A stretch of DNA of 64,000 nt from Neocallimastix sp. 'constans' (taxonomy: Eukaryota). The notes beneath the pieces were generated by a model that saw only the letters and a list, made by a program, of their open reading frames with translations, made no database searches and was not told where the DNA came from. The DNA lies in contig JBODTK010000137.1 in the NCBI GenBank assembly GCA_050613775.1, positions 248,001 through 312,000 of the forward strand, given 5' to 3'. The translations under genes and the position numbers were made by a program. Shown here in pieces: positions 34,806 to 45,699 of the stretch; position 1 is the first letter of the stretch; each line of letters begins with the position of its first letter.

Positions 34806-37800
34806 ATGAACGAATCCTTATTTTTCAAAAAGGAAGCCATATTGAATGGCAAAAATTATAACATATGGTATGATAGTTTAAAAGATGTCCTCGAAAAGGA
34901 TGGCTTAGAGGAATATCTAATAAAGGATGTAGTAAAAGAAAAGGAAAGGGCCACAAATAGTAATGCGGACGATATAGAAAATGCAAAAAGGAATAATACA
35001 AAAGTCCGCTACATCATAAAAAATACCATATGTACCAAAATTCATGAGGACATAATCGGAATGACTACCCCTCGTGAAATAATCGAATATTTAGAAGGGG
35101 AGTACAAACTCAACGAAAACGATATGACTCAATGGATGAATAAATTAAGATAGGTAAAAGCGAAGAAAGAGGAAGATATTCCATTTACCTTAAAAAAACT
35201 ATTTAAATTATTTAAAGGTATGGAATCTTCCGGAAATAATATTTCCGAAAAGGAAAAAGTTAAATACATATTAAAATCATTGCCTACAAGTTACAAAAAG
35301 AAAATAACATTAAATGGCAATGAAACTGCTGAAAATCTTAGGACCACCATCGTAAAAGACATAAATACCTGGATTTATGTCGACGATGTTACCCAAAATG
35401 GAAATGACTCTGATGATCCGATGGATATAGATTATGCTGGGAAACTTGGACACAAGGATAGGAAAAATTTAAAAAACAAGAACAATAATAAAAATTTTCC
35501 CAAAAAAGGAAATCCAAGTAAACAAAACAATAAAGATAAATTTAATTGTATTAAATATAGCAATAATAATAAATTCTGTGAAATATGTGAAAAAGGAGGC
35601 CATTCTACCAAAGAATGTAGATATAATCCAAGAAATCCAAAAGGATTATATAACAAGTACTACATTCAAGATGAACAAAAATACAGAAACAATTATCATC
35701 CACATTATAATGGGCAAAATGGAAGAGCTGTTAGATACATTAATTTAAATAATGAATACAACGAAAATGTATCGTATAATGATATCTGTCCAATGTTTTA
35801 TAAATATTATGATCCTAAAAGCAAAGGAAAATATGTGGATGATAATGATTCAGATGAATATCAAGAATCTGAAAAATCAAATTGTTTCATAAATTATGAT
35901 AAAGAAGACGTTAAAAATGAAGTTTTAATTAAAAATAATATAACAACGCGAGTAGAAAATAAATTAAATTTAGCTAAAGAAATTTTTATAAATAATATTA
36001 ATAAAAAGGAAATAAATACAAATAATACAAATGAAATTTTTAATATTAATTACAATAAAACAGAAACATCAGAATGGTTATATGATTCAGGTGCTGGTGA
36101 ACATATAACTAATGATCTAAGTCTGCTTAAAAATTTTAAAAAAGAAAAAATAAAGTTAAGATGTGAAAATAATACTTATTGCTATTTTGAAGGTCATGGT
36201 GAATTTGAATTTACTATTAATAATTATCATTTTAAATTTAACAAAGTATTATATTCAAAAGAAGTAGCTAAAAATATTATTAGTGGAATAGAATGGGCAA
36301 AACAAGATGTTAAAACCTTGACAGAAAAGGATAAACACAATAATATTATCCTCAGAATTTTAGATAACAATTATAATATTATTGCCACATTCCAAGCTAA
36401 TAATAACAATGAAGTTAAAATTGTAGTTACTCATTTTAATATTGAAAACGAAAGAAACTCTAAGAAAAATATTAAGGCAATTCAAAATTTTCGTAATGCT
36501 GAAGAACTAAATTTGGCATCGACGGCTTGGCCATTTCTACCAAGAAGATTTGAAAAACTTCCTAAACCATCATGAAATTAACTTAGATAAGTGTGACGAT
36601 TGCAGAATCGCGAAAATGAAACGCAATCCACATAATAAAATTCCTCCCAGAGCCAAAGAAATATTAGAAGTTATCCACTCGGATATTATTGGTCCAATTA
36701 ACACATCATACACAGGAAAAAGGTTTATACTAACTATCCTAGATGAAGTATCAAGAAAATCATAGGTCTTTATTATGAAGAGTAAATCAGAAGCTACAGA
36801 CATTATCATTAATACCTTAAGAATGTTAAACAATAAATACAAAGATTATAAAATAAAAGTTTTTAAATCTGATAATGCAAAGGAATATAAAAACAAGATA
36901 ATTGATTACTTTTGCAATGAAAATGGAATAGTAAAGGTTTTTTCTCCCCCGTATAATCCAGAAAATAACGGATTATGCGAAAGATTTAACTTAACTATTG
37001 TTTCCTGCGCAAAAACCTTGCTATATTGGAGTGGACTAAGCGAAAATTTTTGGGACTTCGCAATATTATATGCCAATTATATATACAACAAAGTTCCTCA
37101 TTCTGGAATTTATAATAAAATTCCAGATGAAATCTTCTATATGAATAAAGTAAAAATTAATCATATCAAAGTATTCGGATGCATCTCTTTTTATATTGAC
37201 AGAAGTCAAAACAAATCAAAATTTTCACCTAATTCCAAGAAAGGAATTTTTCTTGGGTTTAGTGAAAAATCAAACAGTTACATCATTATGGATTTTCACG
37301 ATTATTCAATCCACTACTGTAGAGAAATATACTGTCTTGAGGATACTCCTGCTAATGTTAAATTAGCAAATAATAAAATTAATCAATATGGAGACCAAGA
37401 CTTTCTAGCCTTTGATTTCTATTTTTCAAAAAATTCACCACAATTTTCTGGGGAAGACAATCTAGATCATAGCCATCACAATGACAAATCTTCTGAAAAT
37501 AAATATAACGGAAATTTCAAGAAAAATAACAAAAATTTGGGACCTTCTTCAAAGAAATCACCTACTGGACTTAATGAACAAAATTATAAAAATTCAAATA
37601 ATGAACATTTACCCAAAATAGACAAAGGTAAAAGCCCAGCAATTGAGGATCAAAATGATACCAATATTTCTAATAATATTGGTAAGGACACTTCTACAAA
37701 AATTCAAGAAGAAGTGGACCAAAATATCGAAAATCAAGATAATTTCAAAAATTCATCTGATGAAAATTTTTCTGATAATTAATGAAGAAAATTCAATAAA

Positions 37801-40699
37801 GACAAAAATTTAAATGAAACTTTATCAAATAATAATTTTAAACATGAGAAAAAATTTTCTGGAAATTCAAATAATAATAAAGTTAGAATTTCTAAAACTT
37901 AAAATAATAATAAAATTTTTGATGAAGAAAAATTCTTTGATATTAAAGACGAAACCTTAATTAATATGAAATTTAATAATCAAGAAAAAGTCAATGAACA
38001 AACCAATATGTCTTCTAATAAATTTAATATAAATATAGAAAATTTTAATAAAAATTTTTCTGAAACAAATATTAAAAATAATATATCTACCAGTACTACT
38101 AACAATATATTGCAATCAAAAAATTTATCAAACTCAAATTATTATAATTTTCCTTCTTCTTCTCAAGGAAACACTATGTTTAATAGAAATAATATTATCT
38201 CTTTTTACATTGACAAAAAGTTCCCTTTTAACGGCAGAAGAAGTGTTAAAGAATTACACATAGATAACCAAAATTCTTTTAATACTAATCCTTTCAATAG
38301 AATTAATTTACCTCATCATAGGAGTAACTTTCATTTCAAAAATAATAAAAATTTTGAAAATGGAAATATCGATTATTTATTTTCAAATAATCAATATAAA
38401 ATTAAGAAAAATAATTTTTTACATTATAAAAATCATTTTAATTTTAATTTTCATAAAAGGTCACTTTCAGACGATTTAACACCTTCCCAATCACAAAAAT
38501 TTCGTAGATCAAACTTTAATTCTAAAATTATTGCTTCCTTGGAAAATTTTGTGCCACAATCATTTTTCCAAGCCACAAATTGCAAAGACCATGTTCTATG
38601 GGAAAAAGCTATAGATAATGAACTTGATAATCTTTACACCAATAAAATTATGACTTTTGTTAATACTATTCCAGATGGTAAGAAACCTATTCCTTCCAAA
38701 TGGGTTTACGCTCTTAAAACCGATGGCCTTGGACATGTTATTAAACATAAAGCCCGCTTTGTCTCTAAAGGCTTTATTCAAAAATATGGTATTGATTGCG
38801 AAATGACTTTCTCACCTACTTTAAATATTGATTGTCTTAAGCTTCTTATCGCTCTCGCTGCTAAATTTAAATGGGATATTCTACAATTAGATATCAAAGC
38901 TGCGTATCTCAACGCGAATTTAGACAAGGACATTTACGTAAAAATTCCCCCTGGAGATCCTAACTTTGGGAGGGGATATTGGAAACTAAACAAAGCACTG
39001 TACGGTTTAAAACAATCTGGCCGACAGTGGTACAAAACTATTTCAAAATTTTTAATAGAACAAGGCATGGTGCAACTAAAATCCGAAAGTTGTGTTTTTA
39101 AGAAAGTCATTAACAGAAAATTAGTTTGTATAATAGGCTTATACGTAGATGATATGATTGTTACTGGCGAAAAGGAAGAAATTAGCAAAATTTTCAATAA
39201 AATTAAAAATAAATTTAAAATATCAAAATCTGGACCGATTGACTACTTATTAGGAATTAAAGTCGAAAATAATAATAAAACATATTCATTATCACAAACT
39301 CAGTTTATAAACAATATTCTAAAAACATTTAATATTAACAACCAAAGAGTAAGAAGAACACCATGCGTTGGTGACAATACTAAATCTGAAAATAATCAAC
39401 CATTTGACAAAACCAAATATAAAAGTGCAATTGGTATGTTAATATATTTATCAAAATGTACCAGACCCGACATTGCATTTTCAGTTAATAAAGCCGCCAG
39501 AAATTCAGAAAATCCAATAGTATCTGACAGGCACAAAGTTATAGCTATATTACAATATTTAAAAAACACTAAAAATTATAAAATTAAATATGATGGCACT
39601 GGTAACATTGTAGGTTACACAAATTCAGACTTCGCTGGTGATGTTACTGACAGAAAATCAACGTCAGATAATATTATCTTAATGGGAAATAATCCAATAT
39701 CCTGGACTTCGAAAAAACAGTCAGTTGTCGCCACATCAACAGCAGAAGCTGAATACATAAGTGCATCAGTGTAAAGATTTAATAAATCTTTAATACATTA
39801 AATAGCTTAATTTTTCGAACAATTAATTTATTTAATGTATATGAATTATTTTTTTAATATAAAATTTATTGAAATAAAATTTAATTATTTTTTTAAATTG
39901 AAAATATTTTTTAATTAGTTTAGTTAATTTAGTTTAGTTTTAAATAGTTAAATATTAATTTAGGAATAATCTTAAATAGTTAATATTTATAAAAATAGTT
40001 TTTCAATATTAAATATATAATTAAAATTATTATAAGTATTAAAGTAATAAATAAAATAAAGAGTTTAAAAAATTAATTTTAGTTTTAGTAAATTAATAAA
40101 TAATAAAAATTATTAATTAAAAAATCTTTTGTTTATAAATAAATAGTTTTATATATATTATTAAATAACATCATATATTAATAATGTAATAAGAAAAAAT
40201 ATAAATACATGTAATTTTTCTTAATTAAATCGATGTATTAGTTATTAACTATTTTACAGTTAATAACATAAGAGAAATTCATAATTAATAAAAGAATTTA
40301 TTAATAAAAGAAATTACTTTAATTTTATTTGTTTAAATTGTAGTGTTTTTTATTGTTATAATCTGTTTTTTATTGACGGATTCATTACAATCAGTATGTA
40401 TAAAGAAATTATTAAGAATTAAAAATATCTTATATGAATTATTCAAATTTAACAAACCACTAACATTATTCACTGATAATAATGCAAGTAAAATTTCAAT
40501 GGAAAATGGAGAATTAAATCCAAAATTAAAACATATTTCAATCAAATATCATTTTAATAAAGACAATATTGATAAAAATTTAATTAAATTAAAATATATC
40601 AGTACCGATAAAATGCTAGCTGACACATTAACAAAATGCGTTAATGGAACTAAAATGACAACCTTTGCAAATCAAATTTTCATTACAAATGAAAACTGA
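34806..40699 (+). pseudogene. Copia gag-pol polyprotein, disrupted
   Basis: In-frame TAG at 35151-53, frameshift near 36500-36550, TAG replacing Trp at 36763-65 (RKS*VF), stops near 37780-37900 and an insertion at 39770-40389 inside RNase H. Removing the insertion restores EYISASVCIKK. Confidence 0.92.
39770..40389 (+). mobile_element. TGTAA..TTACA element copy A2 (620 bp, probable solo LTR) inserted in Copia RNase H
   Basis: Starts TGTAAAGATT and ends TTCATTACA. TSD ATCAG at 39765-69 and 40390-94. Non-coding. Confidence 0.93.
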
Positions 40700-40702
40700 T
40701 TT

Positions 40703-40711
40703 GAGGGGGAG
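40703..40711 (+). promoter_or_regulatory. Polypurine tract of the Copia element
   Basis: GAGGGGGAG directly abuts the TG that starts the 3' LTR at 40712. Confidence 0.9.
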
Positions 40712-41050
40712 TGTTAAAGTATTAAATAATATAAATAAATAAACTTAACAATTTAGGTTTATAATTAAATAATAGAAAATATAAATCATAAATATTTATG
40801 TAAAAACTAAACTTAAAATGTAAATTAACATTATTTATGTTAATATATAATTAAATGTAAATCATAAGATTTATCATGCGCATGTAAATAATCTCTTTAT
40901 TCTTGTTTGTTCACGTGAAATAATTATATAGTTTATATAAAAATATTTGTTTATTCTTTAGACGAAAATTCGCGACTTTCGTCAATATAATATTTTATAA
41001 TAAATAAATAAATGTATGAATAATTAATAATTAAATAAATTTCTTTAATA
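40712..41050 (+). repeat. Copia 3' LTR (339 bp)
   Basis: Direct repeat of the 5' LTR, followed by TSD ATTTT. Confidence 0.95.
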
Positions 41051-41313
41051 ATTTTAATTATATATTTAATATTGAAAAACTATTTTTATAAATATTAACT
41101 ATTTAAGATTATTCCTAAATTAATATTTAACTATTTAAAACTAAACTAATTTAACTAAACTAATTAAAAAATATTTTCAATTTAAAAAAATAATTAAATT
41201 TTATTTCAATAAAATTTATATTAATAAAATAATTCATATACATTAAATAAATTAATTGTACGAAAATTTAAACTATTTAATGTATTAAAGATTTATTAAA
41301 TCATTACACTAAG

Positions 41314-42077
41314 TGTAAAGATGTCTTTATTTTTTTAATAAATTTATGTAATACATTATTACATTAATTTATGTATGAATTTTTTGTCACGATATCGTGA
41401 ATAAAATTATGTAATTTACATTAATTTATAAATTAAAACATATTTCAATAAATTCATGTAAACGAAAAATCATACATTAAATTTACGTACATGAATTAAA
41501 TACTTTAAATAATTACTTCTCCTTAAATTAATAATTGAAATTTAAAATTATAAATTAGAACTTAAATTATTTAAATTTATATTTATTAAATATGAAATTA
41601 AATAATTTAGATACAAAAAATTAGCCAAATCTGTTATTGTTATTTATTTATTTAAATAGTATAGTTTAATATTATTAATAGTTTTTAGTTTAATTTTAAA
41701 TTAGTTAAAATATTTAAATAGTTATAATAAAAAATATTTATAATAAAAAATAGTTAATTAAAAAATTATACTATATTTAGTTTTAGTTTAAATATTTTAT
41801 TATTTTATAAAATTAATTATTATTAATATTTAAATTGAATATATGAAAATTAAATTAATTTAATATATTAGAATATAATTAAAAAAAATTTAAATATTGT
41901 AAATTTTCTTTAATTGAAAGAACGTAATTGTTATTTTAACTACTTTATAGTTCATAACATAAAAGAACTATTTAATAAAAGATTTTTCATAAAACAATTA
42001 TTTTTTAATAAAAGAATTTATTTTATAATAGAGTGTTTTGTATTATTATAATCTGTTTTGACATAAAACTTTTTATA
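41314..42077 (+). mobile_element. TGTAA..TTA(C/T)A element copy B (764 bp, diverged family member)
   Basis: Starts TGTAAAGATGT and ends TTTTATA. CTAAG on both sides (41309-13, 42078-82). Shares 3' blocks with A2, e.g. AGTGTTTT..TTATAATCTGTTTT and AGTT.ATAACATAA. Confidence 0.85.
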
Positions 42078-43613
42078 CTAAGATAGAAGAAACTTTTTTA
42101 GGGTCCATGAATATTCCATCTGAAGAAATTCTGTGACCAAGGAAGTCCAAGAATGGTACGCAAAATTCACATTTTTCCAATTTTGCATATAAGCCAGCTT
42201 TTCTTAGTCTTTTTAAAACTTCTATAAGATGTTGGAAGTGAATATCCATTTCGGGAGAAAAAATAATTATATCATCGATATAACAATAAACGAAAGAACC
42301 AATAATGTCTTAAAATATATCATTAATGAAATGTTGAAATACCGCGGGTGCATTTTTTAATCCAAAAGGCATGATTAAATACTCATAATGACCATATTTA
42401 CAAGTGAATGCTGTTTTATATTCGTCACCTTCTTTGATCCTAATCAAATTATATGCTGAACGAAGATCTAATTTAGAGAAGACTATGCCTTTACTAAGAT
42501 TTTCTAACATATCATTAATTAATGGAAGAGGATATGAGTCTCGGATGGTGACTTCATTTAAAGGTCGATAATTTACTACAAGCCTAAGATAATTAACGTC
42601 TTTCTTAGGAACAAAGAAAACAGAAGCAGCGGCTAGGGATTTAGATTTTCTAATAAATTTTTTATCTTCATTTTCTTTAATATATTTTTTTAAAGCATGG
42701 GATTCTTTTTCAGTTAAGGGATAAATTGGATCATAATGTAGTTTTGCATTTTGCTTAAGTTTAATCTCACAATCATAAGGACGATGAGGAGGTAATTCAT
42801 TAGCAGATTTTTCGTCAAATACATCTTTGAATGGAAGAAGTTTTGCAGGTAATATTTTTTGAATATTATTATTTATTTCATTATGTTCTTCATTTTTATT
42901 TGAGTTATATTCTTCAGTACAAATAGAAGCAGTAAATGATGATGGAATTAACAAGACAATTAGCAATGCAATGATTTGATTTAAAAAAAAGTTTATTTGA
43001 AGTAAAGTCTATAGTAGGGTTATGAATAAAAAGCCATTCTGTTCCAAGAATAGCACAATAAGATGGAAGGTCAACTACATAAAATTGTATTATACAAATA
43101 TGGTTTTCATATTGAATGGAAACAAATGAGGTTTTTCCTAAGATTTGTTGTTTACCTCCAACTCCAGAAACTCTAGGAAAATCAGATTGAGTAGAGTAAG
43201 GGATATTATATTCTTTAACAAAATAAACATCGATTAAGTTGAGTTGAGATCCTGAATCAAGGAGAATTTTAGTTTTTGTTTTAGAATTATTAACTTTAAT
43301 AGTAAATTCATAAATTGGACGTTATACGTTCGGAAGATCAGAAATTCTTGGTCTGGGAATAGTAGTAGGTTCTGGATTGCTGATGTGCACATTACTTGAA
43401 GAGCTTTTGAATTTATTTCTTAAGGGACAGTTATTAAGTGAATGTTCAGAAGAACCGCAGTACATGCAAAGATTTTCTTTTCTTCTTCTATCTTTTTTTT
43501 TTTCTTTTGATAATGAACTTTTAATATTGAATTTTGGTTTTCCTTTGGGTGGAGGCCTTCTATTATTATTGTTATTATTTGAATGATTTTGAGAATTGAA
43601 GAATTGTCTTCTG

Positions 43614-44318
43614 TGTAAAGATGTGATTATTCCAATCACATTTTAAATTAAAAATTTTTCTTGTGTAATTCAAAAATGTAAATTATTCTTTGATTTATAA
43701 AATAATAAACAAAGTAAATAAATCATATGAACTAAATTTTTGAATTATATTCTTTAAGCCACAAGATAAATTTTTAATGTAATAATTTTTATAAAATTTA
43801 ATTCTGAGAAAATTATTGTTGTAAAATAATTTAAATGAATTAATTAAAGTTTAAAACAAAATAAATTAATAGTTTATTTTGTGAAAATTAAGTTTTAAAA
43901 TTTAATCATGACTCCTTTAACATTGTTTTTAAATCGAAAATAAATAAAGACTTTACTTATAATATTAAAATAATAAATAGATAATAAATGTACTTAATTT
44001 TAATTATTTAGTATTTAGTTTAATTAATAATTATATTTTTCTAAATTTAGCTATAGTTTATAAATTTATTATTTAATAAAATTCATTAGGATAGTTTTAT
44101 ATTAAAATATATGTAATTTAAATAATATAATATATTATCAATGTATTTAGGAAAAGTATAAATAGAAGATACTTTTCACATTTTTTCTCGATGTAATTGT
44201 TATTTAACAAACAACTATTAAATATTAATAAAATATATTTTTAATAAAAATTTTTTTAAATAAAATAAAATTTATTGTATCTTTGTTATTGTAATCTATT
44301 TTAGTATTTTCTTTTACA
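43614..44318 (+). mobile_element. TGTAA..TTACA element copy C (705 bp) inserted in Gypsy gag
   Basis: Starts TGTAAAGATGT and ends TTTTACA. TSD TTCTG at 43609-13 and 44319-23. Removal restores RLDSRLSTRRQFFNSQ. Confidence 0.92.
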
Positions 44319-45699
44319 TTCTGGTTGAAAGTCGAGAATCAAGTCTAGCAGTAATTGTTTGTAGAGCATAAAGGGATTGAGGTCCAGGGAACATTTCAAG
44401 TATCTTAGTAGCTATTTGATCATTTAATCCGGCAATAAATGCGTCCATTTTAGCTTCTTCATTCCATGAAGACTCATCAGCATACTTGTTGAATTCAAGA
44501 ATATAGTTTTTAATGTCTCCAAGTCTTTTTTGCTTGATTGTTCGTAACTTTTTATTTGCTACGAAGGTGGCATCATTGTTCCCAAACATAGCTTTAAGTC
44601 TTCCAACAAATGTTTCATATTTGTTCAAGCATGGATCTCTGTTTTCTATCAGAGATGCAGCCCAATTCATAGCTGAACCATAGAGTTGGGTTATCAATTA
44701 TACAACTTTTGTTTCATCATCAACAAATCTATCAAGATATAGCATAAAAACTAACTCATTCTTGGCTAAAAATCCTTTAAAGAAACGACGGTCTCCAGAA
44801 AAGCCAGTTTTAAAAGCAGAATTATTATTAATAAAATTGTCTTGTTCCATCTTTATGTATATATATATATATATATATTTTTTTTTTTTTTAATATTAGA
44901 AAGTAATAATAATAAATCAATTTTTACAAGAATAAAAAATTAAGTAACTAGAATATAATCACAACACAAAAAAAAAAAACAAATTCTATTACTTATAACA
45001 AGTAGGCGAACAAATTTATAAAAGCCTAAATTAAAAAATAAAAACTATATAATTTTAATGTCACTTCGCAAGAATGTCAAGGGTTTTATCAGGGATCAAA
45101 CATGACCCACCTCTTATTTTATGTGTGAGTGAACAAACCATCACCTGTTGAAGTGTGTAGTTACCCTCAAGCGTTAAGGTTTTATAGTTCTAGGTCGTAA
45201 TTACCTATTTTTCAAAAGTTGGGTCCTTTGAGATACCCGCGTTTACTATCTACAAAATTTTTGCAAAATAGTAAATAAGAGTTTATGAAATTAATATTTG
45301 GCAAGACAGTGTCGGCTTGCCAAATATTAAAATTGTCTATACTCAAATATTAACTTCTTAAATTTGTTTACTTTTTTTACAATTACCTTCTAAATTGATT
45401 TATTATTTATTTAATTCTTCTTTAAAGAAGAATATAGCAATTAAAATTAAATTTTCAAAAAAATTTTTAATACTAAATCTTTTATTTATTTCTTTTCCGT
45501 ACCGCTGTTCATTCAGTTTATCAACCGAAGAGCTGCAATGTAGGTCTTACGCCTCTGCCTACCAGCGCGGGTCGGTTACTTACTTAGAAATGTATAAAAT
45601 AAAAGATTTAAAAATGTGTGGTAAGGAAGTATTATATGAGACCCCCCTTGTTTGTATTAATTAAATATTATTTTTATAATTTCTTTTATAAAAGGAGAA

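Larger units (their letters stand above)
34268..41050 (+). mobile_element. Full-length but inactivated Ty1/Copia LTR retrotransposon
   Basis: Two 339-bp LTRs (34268-34606, 40712-41050) and TSD ATTTT (34263-67, 41051-55). PPT GAGGGGGAG precedes the 3' LTR. Order is gag (CEICEKGGHSTKEC), PR (WLYDSGAGEH), IN (IHSDIIGP, SDNAKEY, PENNGLCER), RT (QLDIKAAYLNA, LYGLKQSGRQW, YVDD), RH (STAEAEY, TDN, KHI, MLADTLTK). Confidence 0.96.
33906..41308 (-). mobile_element. TGTAA..TTACA element copy A1 (~620 bp, probable solo LTR), in the opposite orientation to A2/B/C and split by the Copia insertion (33906-34267 + 41056-41308)
   Basis: Both halves are the reverse complement of 39770-40389. Flanked by CTAAG at 33901-33905 and 41309-41313. 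Termini are TGTAATGA...TCATTACA. Strand label is relative only. Confidence 0.92.
33735..44850 (-). mobile_element. Decayed Ty3/Gypsy (Tf1/Tf2-like) retrotransposon gag-PR-RT, interrupted by nested insertions and truncated before RNase H/integrase
   Basis: Gag starts MEQDNF..FSGDRRFFKGF at 44850 and includes LYGSAMNWA, YILEFNKYA..WNEEAKMDAFIAGLN and the zinc knuckle CMYCGSSEHSLNNC. Protease: ILLDSGS and ILGTEWL. RT: LPPHRPYDCEI, DSYPLPLI, FSKLDLRSAYNLIRIKEGDEYKTAF, MPFGLKNAPAVFQ, YIDD. MDPKKVSSIL (to ~42080) continues as EWPIPKNVKELQSFL (33900 downward). Several stops and frameshifts. Confidence 0.93.

Noticed and set aside
35151..35153. Programmed readthrough or alternative genetic code at in-frame stops in Copia
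   Set aside because: The element also has frameshifts and motif-destroying substitutions, and host genes use standard stops, so decay is the simpler explanation.
33906..40389. A1 and A2 as long terminal inverted repeats of one DNA transposon or DIRS element
   Set aside because: Each copy has its own distinct TSD (CTAAG vs ATCAG), and A1 continues beyond the Copia 3' LTR, so they are independent insertions.
45591..45660. Gypsy 5' LTR end (TGTATAAAAT) and a PPT-like AAGGGGGG on the minus strand
   Set aside because: No partner LTR or TSD is present in the window to verify it, so it is left uncalled.
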